In this document: positions 12,734 to 25,584 of the stretch, piece after piece
Layout: every line of letters starts with the position of its first letter
Position numbering within the stretch: the first letter of the stretch is position 1
NCBI RefSeq assembly: GCF_009914755.1
Contig: NC_060927.1
Length of the DNA stretch: 64,000 bases
Source: the human T2T-CHM13v2.0 reference genome, Homo sapiens
Strand: one strand, 5' to 3'
The notes under the pieces: generated by a model
Database searches by the model: none
The model's input: the letters and a program-made list of their open reading frames with translations, nothing else
Told to the model about the DNA's origin: nothing
Position numbers and translations under genes: made by a program

Positions 12734-13402
12734 TTAAATGTCTGATAAACTTATCAAGGAGAATGTCTACATTGGCTTAGAGGCAGAAAACAATTGTGGC
12801 TGTACAATTTCAGGTTCAATACTAGAAACAGCAAAGTCAATAAAAGTGGCTGAGACTCTCAGAAGGTGCACACTTGTAATTGCATCTCATCATGAGTGCT
12901 TGCTGCAATTAAATGAAATCATTCAAATGTTGGTTTTATTAATTCTTTAAAAGGAACAGGGAAAATGGCCACTTGAGAGTTCTTTTTTTTCACTACCGTT
13001 AATATGTTACCTAATGACTCTTATAAGTATGTCTACATTTAAATACTGGTTTAAGTTTCTTAACAATTTTTATGTTTTTTTTTTCATACCAAATCATTTC
13101 TATGCCATGCCAGCCAAAGGCTCATTTTTTCTCCTTTTTTTTTTTCATCCTAACTACAGTTTTCCCTTCTCATTTTTCTTCCCTTCCCTTCCCTGTCTCC
13201 TATTCCTGCGATTCTGTCTTGATGATGTCTAGGTGATAGAGGGAAAAAAGGGAGGAGAGTTTAAAATCTTTTAAAGTAGATATTCTGTTTTTGGAATCTC
13301 CCACGTGATTTGGGTAAAGTGGAGGAGTCTTTGGGGGCAAGTCAGCTATCTTGCATATGTATCTTCCTCATTCGGAATGCGTGTTAGATAAGTGCAGGAT
13401 AA

Positions 13403-13763
<361 letters not shown>

Positions 13764-14725
13764 TGAAATCTGAATGCCCAGGGAGATTGGTGGCCCTTGC
13801 CAGGAAGTGTCTTAACACTTTGTGGATACTGCTGCCTGTTGTCTTTAAAAGCTGGGACTCATCAAATTAAAAACAAAAACAAAAACAAAAAAGCTACGAT
13901 TCAAAGTTTTCCCATGAGACATTTACATGGCAGATGCCTAAATGTTCCATTGTCATGTTTCTAGATAGAGGTGGAAACCATAACAACTAAATATGCTGGA
14001 ATAATTCAGTGTGGAAACAAATTCACAAACTAAAAGATGTTGTGTTACTCCATAGTATCTTAAGGGCTTAGGATTTTCAAGAACTTGGTATGATTGGAAC
14101 ATATCTCTCGCAGGCTGGGTATTCAGAGCAGGAGGTAACCATCTTAAATACATGTGTAGGCAAACCTGAAAGTTTAAGATTTGGGGATTTCATAGCACTC
14201 TGATATAGGCATATGATTCCTGCCATGATGTTGTTTAACTAATGTGTGTGATAGTCACACACATTTCTGTTAAAATATAGATAAAAGTTATTAAGAGTAT
14301 TTTTAAAAATCCTCAAATCTTTTGTGAATGTCCTGTCCAATCTCAATTATAAAGAATTGCATAAGAATGGTTAAGATCTACTGGGTCTACTGAATGAAAA
14401 ATCATACAGAGGTGTTACTGTAACACCATATATGAATTCCTGAAAGACTTCATGTTCTGCAAAATCATGCACTAAAAATAATGAGACATGGAAACCAGTG
14501 GGATGGGCAGACCACATAAAACATATAACAATTTGTAACCTAAATATTTATAAATACATTTGCAATACAACCTTAAACCCTGATGTTGTCCCTTGCTCCT
14601 TCTGGATGTAGATGTTGGATGGCATTCAATTCTCCTAGAGACTCTTTTTATTAGATTTTTAAAAATTATATTCAATTATATTTTCATTAATCTCTTGTTC
14701 TAACATAGGGAAAATAGAAAATGTC

Positions 14726-14727
<2 letters not shown>

Positions 14728-14762
<35 letters not shown>

Positions 14763-15046
14763 GACAGGGTCTCGCTGTGTCACCCAGGCTGGAGTGCAGT
14801 GGCATGAACAATAATGGCTCACTGCAGACTCTCTGTCCCAGGCTCAAGTTATCCTCCCACCTCAGACCCCCGGAGTAGCTGGGACTACAGGTGTGTGCCA
14901 CTACACCTGGCTAAGTTTTGTATTTTTTGTAGAGACAGGGTTTTGCCATGTTGCCCAGGCTGGTCTTGAACTCCTGAGTTCAAGCCATTCTCCTATCTTG
15001 GCCTCCCAAAGTGCCGAGATTACAGACGTGAGCCACCACAACTGGC
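14728..15046 (-). mobile_element. AluJ with T33 tail
   Basis: J diagnostics 'gctcaagttatcctcccacc' and 'tttttgtagagacaggg'; polyT at 14728-14760. Confidence 0.95.
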
Positions 15047-16747
15047 TAGGGGAAATGACTTTATACTTCTTAACATGAACTCACGGCTTATGTGAATTAG
15101 CTTAAAGGAAAGCAAGGAGATTCTTGAAACTTCTTGCACTAAAGGAAACATTTTGCACTAAAGGAAAACAATTCTGTAGAATTACAGTGTTTTTTTTTTC
15201 CTAAACATGTCCAAATATTTTTTTATTTACTTGTAAAAAAGCTTACCCCCGTCACTTCTAGACATTAACAAACTTGAAAAAGTCTCCAAGAAACCAAGAC
15301 TTCCATGTTATTCTTACATCATTCTCTTCATTTTCAAAGGCATATGAGCTAATTCATGTCACTGAAATACCCAGTACAGCAGAACAAACTCATTGTTTCC
15401 AGCTTTAGGAAAATCCCCTCAGAACCAATGCAACTTCACCACCTGTTTTGGGGATAAAGAAGGCGCCCTTAAGCCTTTTGGCCTAACTAACATGGTAACT
15501 TTGTCCTCATTCCCTGCTTCAGAATTAATATGATTTTAATAAGTATAACTTCTTTGGTCTAAGGTTTTCAAAGTCTGTTACCCCTTCATTCCATTTTTAT
15601 AAGCACTACTTTTTCCCATGTTATTTTTTCTCTACTTAATTAATTTTTAATTTGCAAATTTATTTAGTTTTTGAATAGGTAACATGTTCACATGGCAATA
15701 CATGAAAAGATGAGTCTCCTTCTCATCTGTGCCCATCATTAAGAAAGTTTCCCTTAAGAATCCATGGAATCTTGCTCTGCAGCTCTGGGGCACAATTTCC
15801 ATTTGATGGAGTTGTACAAATGTCACGTGAATTTATCATCACATTTCAGGCTGTGTCATCAAATTCTAACACATGACATTTTAAAAAACTCATACAAGCA
15901 TATTCTTACTTTTTTTAAATTTTTCACTAACAAGGCAAGCTAACTAAGTGAAGTAAATATATGATTTTTGGCCTGTGAAGGTGTGCATTACTTAGGCTGT
16001 TACAAGTCATAAGGGAAAAAGTGCTGTCATGGGTGATGGGTGCTTATTATAATCATATGTGGGAACTGAGGAAGCATAATGAACCTTCTAGGCAGCTGCA
16101 AAGTACCTCTGAGTCTCAGAGGTTCCCAATCTGAAATGTTTATCAAGTAACTGGAGAAGTTGGAGATGACACATTGTCATTGATGAAACAAGGACAAGTT
16201 TACTTGCCATATTTTCTTAACTTCCACATGAAAACATTTTTACTATCTTTTATGTATATGCATATGTTCTCCAAAGATAAAATTTTAATGTACTAGTTAG
16301 TATCCAATGTGGAGATACTCAGTATTGTCTCTCATCATACTATAATTATGTAAATGCCATCCATATCTATTGGATGCCACAAACTCCACATTAAACTGGC
16401 AAAGATCATTATAATCAAGGAGTGTCACATCGCACAAGGCCAAGTGCTCTTATTCGGAAGGACTGATTCCCTATTGGCCACGCCCCTCAGGATGCAATTG
16501 TGGTGAGCAAGTCAGGAAGATCAACATTTCAGAGACTGTCCAGAGAAGAGTGGTTTACATTGTGTTTAGTTTCACATCCTCATACAGAGATGTTACTTGA
16601 TTTCATTTGAAAAGGATTGTCTGAGATATTTTCTTAAAAAGCAATATTTTACAAACAGAAAAGAAAACACCCAGAAACGAAGTGTATTTGAATTCTTTCT
16701 ATGAGATGCCTAGGCAATCTTTTAAACCCAAATAAGTCAATTACTCC

Positions 16748-17063
16748 TTTCTTTTTTTTTTTTTTTTTTTCTGAGACAGGGTTTTGCTCTGTCACCCAAG
16801 CTGGAGGCTGGAGTGCAGTGGCGTGATCACAACTCAATACAGCCTCAACCTCTGGGGCTCAAACAATCCTCCTTCCTCAACCTTCCAAGTTACTGTGACT
16901 ACATGCCCATGTTATCACACCCAGCTAATTTTTCTGTATTTTTTAAAGACACCATGTCTCATTTTGTGGCCCATGTAGGTCTCACACTCCTGGGCTCAAA
17001 TGATCCTCCTGCCTCGGCCCTCCAAAGTGCTAGGATTATAGGCATGAGGCACCACGCCTGGCC
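16748..17063 (-). mobile_element. AluJ
   Basis: Diverged dimeric Alu with 'ggctcaaatgatcctcctgcc'; polyT tail. Confidence 0.93.
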
Positions 17064-18375
17064 TCCTTCTTTGCTTTTTCTTTTTGAAGAGATAGGTTCA
17101 TTGTGGCAGCCAAAGTGTCACTTATATGTAGTGCCTGACAAGGTACTTGCCCGGTTGACAAATGAATTGAATTAGATAAAGCAATTTAATTACTGGGTAA
17201 GACACTGCTTAAGTTATTAAAAGGCAGCACTAAAATAATCTTTCAGGTATGTTAGCTAAAAGTACCCATTTTATTAAAGCTGCATTCTTATGAGACTAAT
17301 GCTTCAACCATCTATTTGTATGGAAAATCTAAGGGTCTTAACCACATTTCAGGAATTTAATTAATATCATGTTGTGTTTAGGAATGCTGGTTTATTCACT
17401 AGGGTATAAATGCAATTTATTTTACAGAGCCTGAAGTCTTTATATGTTTCTATACCCCTGGATAAATCTCAACTATTTTAGTTGTTGATTTTTTTTGATG
17501 TTGCCTTTAAAAAATCAAAACTATATTTATTACTTTATCAAACCAATAGGCCATCAAGCTGTCACATGAAAGACTAAAAGACTGACTTAATCACAGCATC
17601 TTCAGATCAACAACAAATGCTTTCCCTGCTACAGAGGCTACTGATTTCAGGACATGGGAATCAGAATAGAGGTCTTGCGTAGGACTCTACCTGCCTGAGG
17701 GAATTAATACATGTAAAACATGTTCAGTGTGTTCTATCTTAATTAGAAACAGCATCTAATATTGCACTTAGAAAATTAGAGAAAACTCAAGAATACATTT
17801 TTGAAAGAAATCAGTTTGCTTTATCATGGACTGGAACTCAGGAGTGTCTAACGTGATTATTATTCTTTGAACAAGTTAAATTGGTGGATTTTGACATAAT
17901 GGAAGAAAACCTTCCTCTCTCTTATCTCATGATAAATTTAAAGCTGAAAGGTCACTTGTGGTTTGTACATGCATATTCAGAATTAAGCAAAAAATTCATT
18001 TTGATTTTTATCAGTTTTCAAAATTAAGAAAACATACAAGTGTACACACATACACACACCGAAAAACCACAGTTTTTTATTGAAAGTTGGTTAGTTTTTA
18101 AGTACTGCCCATCCTGAAATAGTAATGTTTTGCCTAATCCTAAATAGAAAACTCTTTTCGTTCATTATCCATCAGTAGTACTTCAGTGATATAAATCCTA
18201 TTACTACAACTTAGTTTCTCCCAAAGCAAATAGCTGAATGATTTACAACAATGGCAGTTTGGATGGTTGATAGCTTTGCAAGATCTCATCCAACTCAGCC
18301 ATACATACAAGTTGTCATGCATCATATAATTTTAAATACATTCTAGAAATAAATAAATAATATAATTTCACTTAC

Positions 18376-18791
18376 CATACTTATATTTTCAGCCTTTGCA
18401 GAATACATGGTAGTTTTAAAACATTTTTTATCAACTTAAAACTTAACTGTAGCATACTCCAGCTTATACGCACATAAATATGTAACTATATTCTCCTTCT
18501 TCTCTTTGGATAACTACTGACCATAAAATTCTGAAGAGTAGAAAATCCACCTTTCTGATGATGGTGGCAGTCAGAAGATGTCTTTCATCCCGAACAATTT
18601 AGAAATGTAGAAATTTCAACGTGTTGGCAAATTCCCAAAGTTTTTGTAAACCTGTGAAATGTACAGAGATTAATGTGGTTATGATTTCCTCAACGGTAAT
18701 TTCAATTTCAGCTGTCTGGTTTTCATACATATAAATTCTTATGTTAATAAAAACTTCTCCCTTACCTTGTATACTTGTAGGGAGGTGGGAG
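18376..18791 (-). other. candidate spliced exons (18791-18766 micro-exon; 18651-18376 exon)
   Basis: Two polypyrimidine-CAG acceptors and donors AAG|GTAAGG and ATG|GTAAGT, arranged around a 114-nt intron. No transcript evidence is available. Confidence 0.4.
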
Positions 18792-19624
18792 CTGAAGTAA
18801 AGAAAAAGTAAAAAACTCATATAAATAACAATTATTTAAGCATTATTAGGATGCTCTCCAAAGCACGTAGAACCTAGATAAACACTGAATATTAGATAAG
18901 AAAACCAATATTATTTATAATTTCCATGCCTACATTTACCCATTTAATATTTATCACAAATCAATGGTTTTAGGCCCTCCTGCTAGTGATCTTGGGGAGG
19001 AGTTGACTAAGAGGCTATAGCAGAATTGTATTTCTCACATGCATAGAATCAGAGACAAAATTAAAATTTCCCAAAGAAATTTCCTTTTGGAAGTTTCTAA
19101 ATTGATCCATGCAAAAAAATAAAAATAAAGCTAAGGGTGTTTAAGCAGGCAAAATGTTTGGAATTTTGTTTCTTAAATGTCTTTAAGGTTTGTTTTTGTG
19201 ACTAAAGCTCTCTAATCTCGGAAGTCTTGAAGGAATCTTTTTACCAAGCCACATGCTCTTTTGTGAATTTCTGAATTCTATGGAAATGTAAACTTCACAA
19301 GTATTGATGTTCTGCTCCCAGAAGTGTAAGGCTGACCTCTGAAGTTCAAAGTCTCTTTCAATTTCTTTGGTGTAAACATCCAAGAAGGTTAGAAGAGACA
19401 ACTTTTAGAAAGCAAGGAAATGGGTAGCAGCAGATTTTATATCAATGGTAATGTAGAAATCAACTTCTATAGTCAAATTCCAAATAAGCTGATTAAGAAG
19501 AATTAACTGGAGATATTGATGGGAAAGAGAAATTGTTGGGAAAAATAAAATGAACAGCCTTGGTGAAGAATTCCATTCGTTGTTAAGATTTGCTCAGAAA
19601 TTGTGGTGGTGGTGGCGCCATGGT

Positions 19625-19830
19625 GGAGTTTTAGATCAATACAAATTTAGCATTTAATTCTAGATCTGTTGCTTATTAGCCATTAGATCTCAGATAAGCT
19701 AATTAAAATTCTGAGTGGCATTTCCTCATCTGCAAAATTGGGATTAGTATACTTATATTGCATGGTTGTTTTAGGATTATAGGTTTTGAGTAGAAACTTT
19801 TACCCTCACACCTGGAAAGAGTAAGTTAGA
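19625..19830 (+). mobile_element. MIR SINE
   Basis: 'tttcctcatctgcaaaattgggat...ggttgttttaggatta'. Confidence 0.7.
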
Positions 19831-20989
19831 TCTACTCTTACTTCACTTTCTTATCCTCATTGTCGTCATTATCACTGAAGATGCATAACGCTGTTTAAAG
19901 TCTGAAGGATGATACAGAACTGACGGTAAACCTCTCTGAACCATGTTTAACTGCCTAAGGCTAGACACGCAGTGATATCAGAATTAATATTGTTTTCTTT
20001 CAAATGAAGGATTCTGAGCTGTGGACCAGAGTGAGGATGTGTATTTATGGGCTTCTAGGTGGTAACTGTTCTTGTGTCTAAACCTTAATTAACATAACAC
20101 TCTTTCACACGAATAAAACTTTCATTCATTATGGTTTTGGCCCATAAAAGTTGAAGTTTTTTGTTTTTGTTTTTATTTTTTCACCAAATCAGCCCTACAG
20201 CGATTCCTCCACCCCCATTAGCAAATACCGTAATATATGTCTCTAGTAATCATCCTCTCACAATTCTGCTTTTCCTAATTTTGCCATGAGTCAAGTTTCT
20301 TGACCACAATGTTATGCTGAGGAAGATCTAATGTTTTCCATGGAGCAGAAATTGTTAGTCCTCAACTCCAAGGTCTGCCTTGTCAAGCCCTGTTTTCCGT
20401 GTCTTCATAAACCTTGTCAGGCATTTATTTATTCAGCACATATCTACTGTTCTCTGCACAAGAATTCATAAGGATCTGATGAATTATGTCCCTTCTGAGT
20501 GGAATTTATTCCCTTCTACATTTCTGCAAAACAGGAAATTGGTAGTAAGTCAATTTGAAGGTACTACTTAGCTGGCACTTCTGCCCTTTCTTTTTTAACA
20601 GCTGCCTCTATAGACAGAACGTTGAAATGAAAAGATAGGGAAAATTGGCAGAAACACTCTGCATGTAATTCCTATTTAGACAGTTTTAAACCTATTTTAC
20701 AAATGATAAACCTGGAATATAGTAGGGAGAGATTTGGTGATGAAAGAATCTAGATTTCTTAACTCCTTATTAATACGTACTTTAAGTATTGGACTACAAA
20801 CTTGCATATGTCACTGGTAATCATTGAACACATGTTATCATGTAGGCACTATCAAATTGGAGCCTATAATTGATGAATGAGGGATATCACTACTCATCTA
20901 CAGTAAAGGGTCCTGAAATGCAGAAATATGGAACTGGTGTGACTGTATCTTTGGATATTTCAAGAGAAGCCAGAATACATGAATTGGAT

Positions 20990-20991
<2 letters not shown>

Positions 20992-21037
<46 letters not shown>
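20992..21037. repeat. (GT)23 microsatellite
   Basis: Directly visible. Confidence 0.97.
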
Positions 21038-21039
<2 letters not shown>

Positions 21040-21063
21040 TGGGCATGTATTTGATTTTTAAAC

Positions 21064-21360
21064 TTTTTTTTTTTGAGAGAGTTTCATTCTGTCACTCAAG
21101 CTGGAGTGCCGTGGTGCAATCTTGGCTCACTGTATCCTCCACATCTTGAGTTCAAGTGATTCTCTCACCTCAGCCACTAGAGTAGCTGGAATACAGGCAC
21201 ACATCACCATGCCCAGTTAATTTTTGTGTTTTTTTTTTTTTGTAGAGACAGAGTTTTACCATGTTGACCAGGCTGGTCTCAAACTCCTGGGCTCAAGCAA
21301 TCTGCTCACCTCAGCATCCCAAAATGCTGGGATTACAGGCATGAGGCACTGCACCTGGCC
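21064..21360 (-). mobile_element. AluJ (Jb-like)
   Basis: Dimeric Alu with 'ctcctgggctcaagcaatctg'; ends 'cacctggcc'. Confidence 0.93.
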
Positions 21361-21866
21361 AAAATATTAACAACTATTTTTAAAGGCAGTACTAGCCAAA
21401 GAAAACGTGACCTGATAGAGATTGTGACTTCAGAAGTTTAAGGTTTTACCTCCTAAACCACATGCTTCATTTCATATTGCATTTTAACTGATGCCCTTTT
21501 GTTTTATTCTGTAGCCTCTTCCCCTTACTCTTTCTTCCTCAGTGTCTTCATCTGTGAAATAGGAATAAGAACATTTATTTTTTGCCTTCAAAAGACCAAG
21601 GATTGTGGTGCATGTGAAGATTAATGAGGTCATCTGGTTAAGCTCTTCTCCCTGGGTGGAAGAACAATGGCTTGTGAATACTAAGTGGCATTTGAATCAT
21701 GTGTGCTTTCATGGAAAGAGAGCTGGTCCATTTAGCTCCCCGTCTGCAGGGAGTTATAAAAGAAGAAACTAGGGAGGAAGAAGCTGAAAATATTTCTTCA
21801 TGACTATTTCCTCTGGTGAAGCATAAAGTAGCAGTGAGAATTCTGAGATTTGTTTGCGTGATACTT

Positions 21867-23027
21867 TAGTCATGCACCACATAAAGATGTTTCGGTTAAG
21901 GACAAGTTACATATGTGACGGTGGTCTCATAAGATTATAATAGAAATTAAAAATTCCTATTCCTAAGTGACATCATAGTTGCCATAACATCACAGCACAA
22001 TGTGTTACTCACATGTGCGTGATGATGCTGGTATAAACAAATCTATTGTGCTGCCAGTCATATGAAAGTATAGCACATACAATTGTGTATGGTACATAAT
22101 GCTAATCATGATAATAAAGATTATGTTATTGGTTGACATACTTACTATCCTATATTTGTTATTTTAGAATGTACCACTTCTACTTATAAAAATAAGTTAA
22201 CTATAAAACAACCTCAGGCAGGTCCTTCATGAGATATTCCAGATGAAGGCATTATTACAGAGGTGATAGCTCCATGTATGTTATTGCCCCTGAAGACTTC
22301 TTGTGGAGCAGGATGTGAATGTGGAGGACAGTGATACTGAACCTGACCCTGTATATGCGTGGATTAATGTGTGTGTTTGTGTCTTTTTAACAAAACAGCT
22401 TAAAAAGCAAAAAAAAAAATTAGAAATGTAAAAAATAGCAGAAAGCTTATAGAATAAGGATATGAAGAAAGAAATATTTTTACAGCTATGTGATGTATTT
22501 GTGTTTTAAGGTAGGTTATTATAACAGTCAAAAAGTTTTTTTAATTAAAAAATTTATAAGGTAAAAAAGTTACAGTAAGATAAGGTTAATTTATTATTGA
22601 GGAAAGAAAATTTTAAGATAAATGAAGTGTAGCCTAAGTATACAGTAGTCTACAGCAGTGTACAACGATGTTCTAGGCCCTCACATTCATTCACCACCCA
22701 GTCACTGGCTGACCCAGAGCAAGCTCCATTCATGTACATCATTTCAAAATCTTTTATACCATGTTTTCACTGTACCCTTTTAATGTATAGATATGTTTAG
22801 ATACACAAATAAGTATCATTGTGTTACTGGCCACAATATACAGTACAGTAACATGCTATACAAGTTTGTAGCCTAGAAGCAATAAGCAACACCATATAGC
22901 CCAGCTGTATAGCAGATTATGCCGTCTAGGTGTGTCTAAGTACACTCTGTGATGTCCACATAAGGATGAAATTACCTAATGATGCATGTGTTAGACCAGA
23001 TCTCTGTTGTGAAGCAAAGCATAACTA
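21867..23027 (+). mobile_element. Tigger3b-like (MER7) TcMar non-autonomous DNA transposon, near full length
   Basis: Terminal inverted repeats 'agtcatgcaccacataaagatgtttcgg' and 'gtgaagcaaagcataacta', followed by TA; ~1.16 kb with the characteristic internal 'aacaacctcaggcaggtccttca'. Confidence 0.85.
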
Positions 23028-23267
23028 TAAAGACTCTGTATGCAATATAATGTAAAGAGAGCAAAACCCTCACAATGTGAGTTCATGAGTTTATACCTGT
23101 TAGCAGGTGTGTGTGGGAAATAACCTGTCTACCTAAGGTTCTGTGTAGATACCTTAGGACACAAGGACAGGTGTATGTGACCTGTCTACCTAAGGCTCTG
23201 ACCCATAACCGTTTTTTATGCTCTAATCAAATTGTCTTTTTAATCACTGGACTCTCCCTCTCTCTCG

Positions 23268-23640
23268 TACATTAGTTAGGGTAGACTAACTACTGAAACA
23301 TACCTCAACATATCATTAGATTAACCCAATAGCAGTTCATTTCTCTCTCAGATGTTTCTAGCTAGTGGGTGACATTTCATATAATGATTCAGGAAACCAA
23401 GCCTTTTCCATCCTATGGCTCCATCATCCTCTGGGCCTCCCCATTAGCTAGCAAACGCGATAAGAATGCAGTGAATTATAGGTGGAAGATGATTATGAGC
23501 GAAGTCTGAGAGTGGCACATGTGATTTTTGACTCACATTTCCTAGGCTAGAATTCAGTCACATTTCCACACACAGGAGGCTGGGAAATGTGGTAGAGCTC
23601 TGCCCTAAGAAAGGGGACCTGATTTTGGTCAGCCACAGAC
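23268..23640 (-). mobile_element. MLT1K-like MaLR LTR
   Basis: 'attcaggaaaccaagccttttccatcctatggctcc...ctcacatttcctaggctagaattcagtcaca...ggaggctgggaaatgtgg'. Confidence 0.75.
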
Positions 23641-24463
23641 ATTGTCAAGCATAAAGTGTTTCCAGTCATTTGCCCTCCCATTTTATAATCTACCAGGTAT
23701 ATGGTTAATTCATTTAACAGAAGATGCTGGAGATGGAATTTGTCATTCTGTTTACTCTGTTGCAGCTCTGCAGCTATTATACTAGCTTCTCGATTTTCAT
23801 TAAATATATCTCACACTATTTTGACGGGTGCTTTTTAACCTTTCTGTTTTCTCCATATACTAACTGCATTCTCCACCTTATTACTTGAAAGGGAGATTTC
23901 TTCTCCACTGAGCATTGAAAGTGTTCAACTTTGAAAATGTTTATTGTCAGTAAGCTTTGATGGTGACAAGCATGCCTGTGACTGTCTGTGATTTCCTTAG
24001 GAATGTCCTGGTGGAACTTATTAATTCCTGGATAGAAATCTAAAAATATGTTTGTTATTTTTAGTTTTTTATTCTGAGACTCTCAAGGGAGGGGCAGGGT
24101 TCTCTTTGGAATGATGTGTAATATAACGATAAAATGATTGAATATTGTGAAATTATGGAGTGACTTTGATTAGTGTAGGCAGTCAATACTAATCAACACA
24201 CACAAAGCAATACAAATGTTCTTGCTCTTTTAACTCAATGTTTTATATGATGTGACTCTTAATGATTGATAAATGATACGAAAGAAAAGATAAATACACA
24301 TTCACCCAAACTGTTACTTGTCACAAGAATTGCCAACCCAAGTAGCCATGAAAAGCATAGGTTTATTTAACCTTTGACAAAACTTCTCAAACCATTCATG
24401 AAAATGGAAAGCTTCAAGGAAAGTAAATGAACAAAAATATCCCCCAACGATTGTCTGTCTTTA

Positions 24464-24706
24464 GGCCGTAGAGTGTAGTGTTTAAGAGTTCTATAAATGG
24501 ACTACCCAGGTTTAAATCCTAGGTATACCAAATGCTACCTGTAATTCTTGGCAAGCTAATTCTGAAACTTATTTTCCTGTTTTGTAAAGGGAAGATAATA
24601 AAAATAGGACTCGCGATGTCTTAGCAGGAATTAATAAAATGATGTTTGTGAAGATCTTATAACATTATGCATGGCCGGTAGAAAACACTTGATAAAGGTT
24701 AGTTGT
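24464..24706 (+). mobile_element. MIR SINE
   Basis: 'gtgtagtgtttaagag...ggtttaaatcct...cttggcaag...cacttgataaaggttag'. Confidence 0.7.
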
Positions 24707-24757
24707 GGTAATCACAGAGAGAAGAAAACCATCTTCTTACAGAGCAAAAGAACTTAA

Positions 24758-24926
24758 AACAATGCTTCTCAAAATTTTGTGGGCATAGCAGTCACCTGAG
24801 TGTCATGTTAATATGGCAGATTCTGGTTCTTTAGGCATGGCATGGAGCCTGAGATTCTGCATTTCTTACAAATTTCCAGATGATATTGATTTTGCTGGTT
24901 CGTAGACCACACTATGAATATCAATG
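24758..24926. mobile_element. MER5A-like hAT-Charlie
   Basis: 'caatgcttctcaaa...gcagattct...gcctgagattctgcatttct...gaccacact'. Confidence 0.8.
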
Positions 24927-25209
24927 AATTAAACTTCAGTTATAGTTATATCTTTATCTAAATCTTGGATTATCTGCTCTTTATCTATGAATGTAATCAT
25001 TCGATTCCTGGCAAATGATGAGAAGGAAAAAATTACTCTTCGTGATGCAAAATACTTGAGAAATTTCCGTAAGTAAGCAAAAGATGCTGTTGAGCTAGAT
25101 GTCTGAGGAACAAAAGAAGTTATCCAAATTCTCATTCATGCCGTAATTTGGTGACAAGAATTATTATGGCCTAGGAATGTAGTTTTAAGAGCCAATGAAG
25201 TAAGAGTAA

Positions 25210-25577
<368 letters not shown>

Positions 25578-25584
25578 TTTATTC

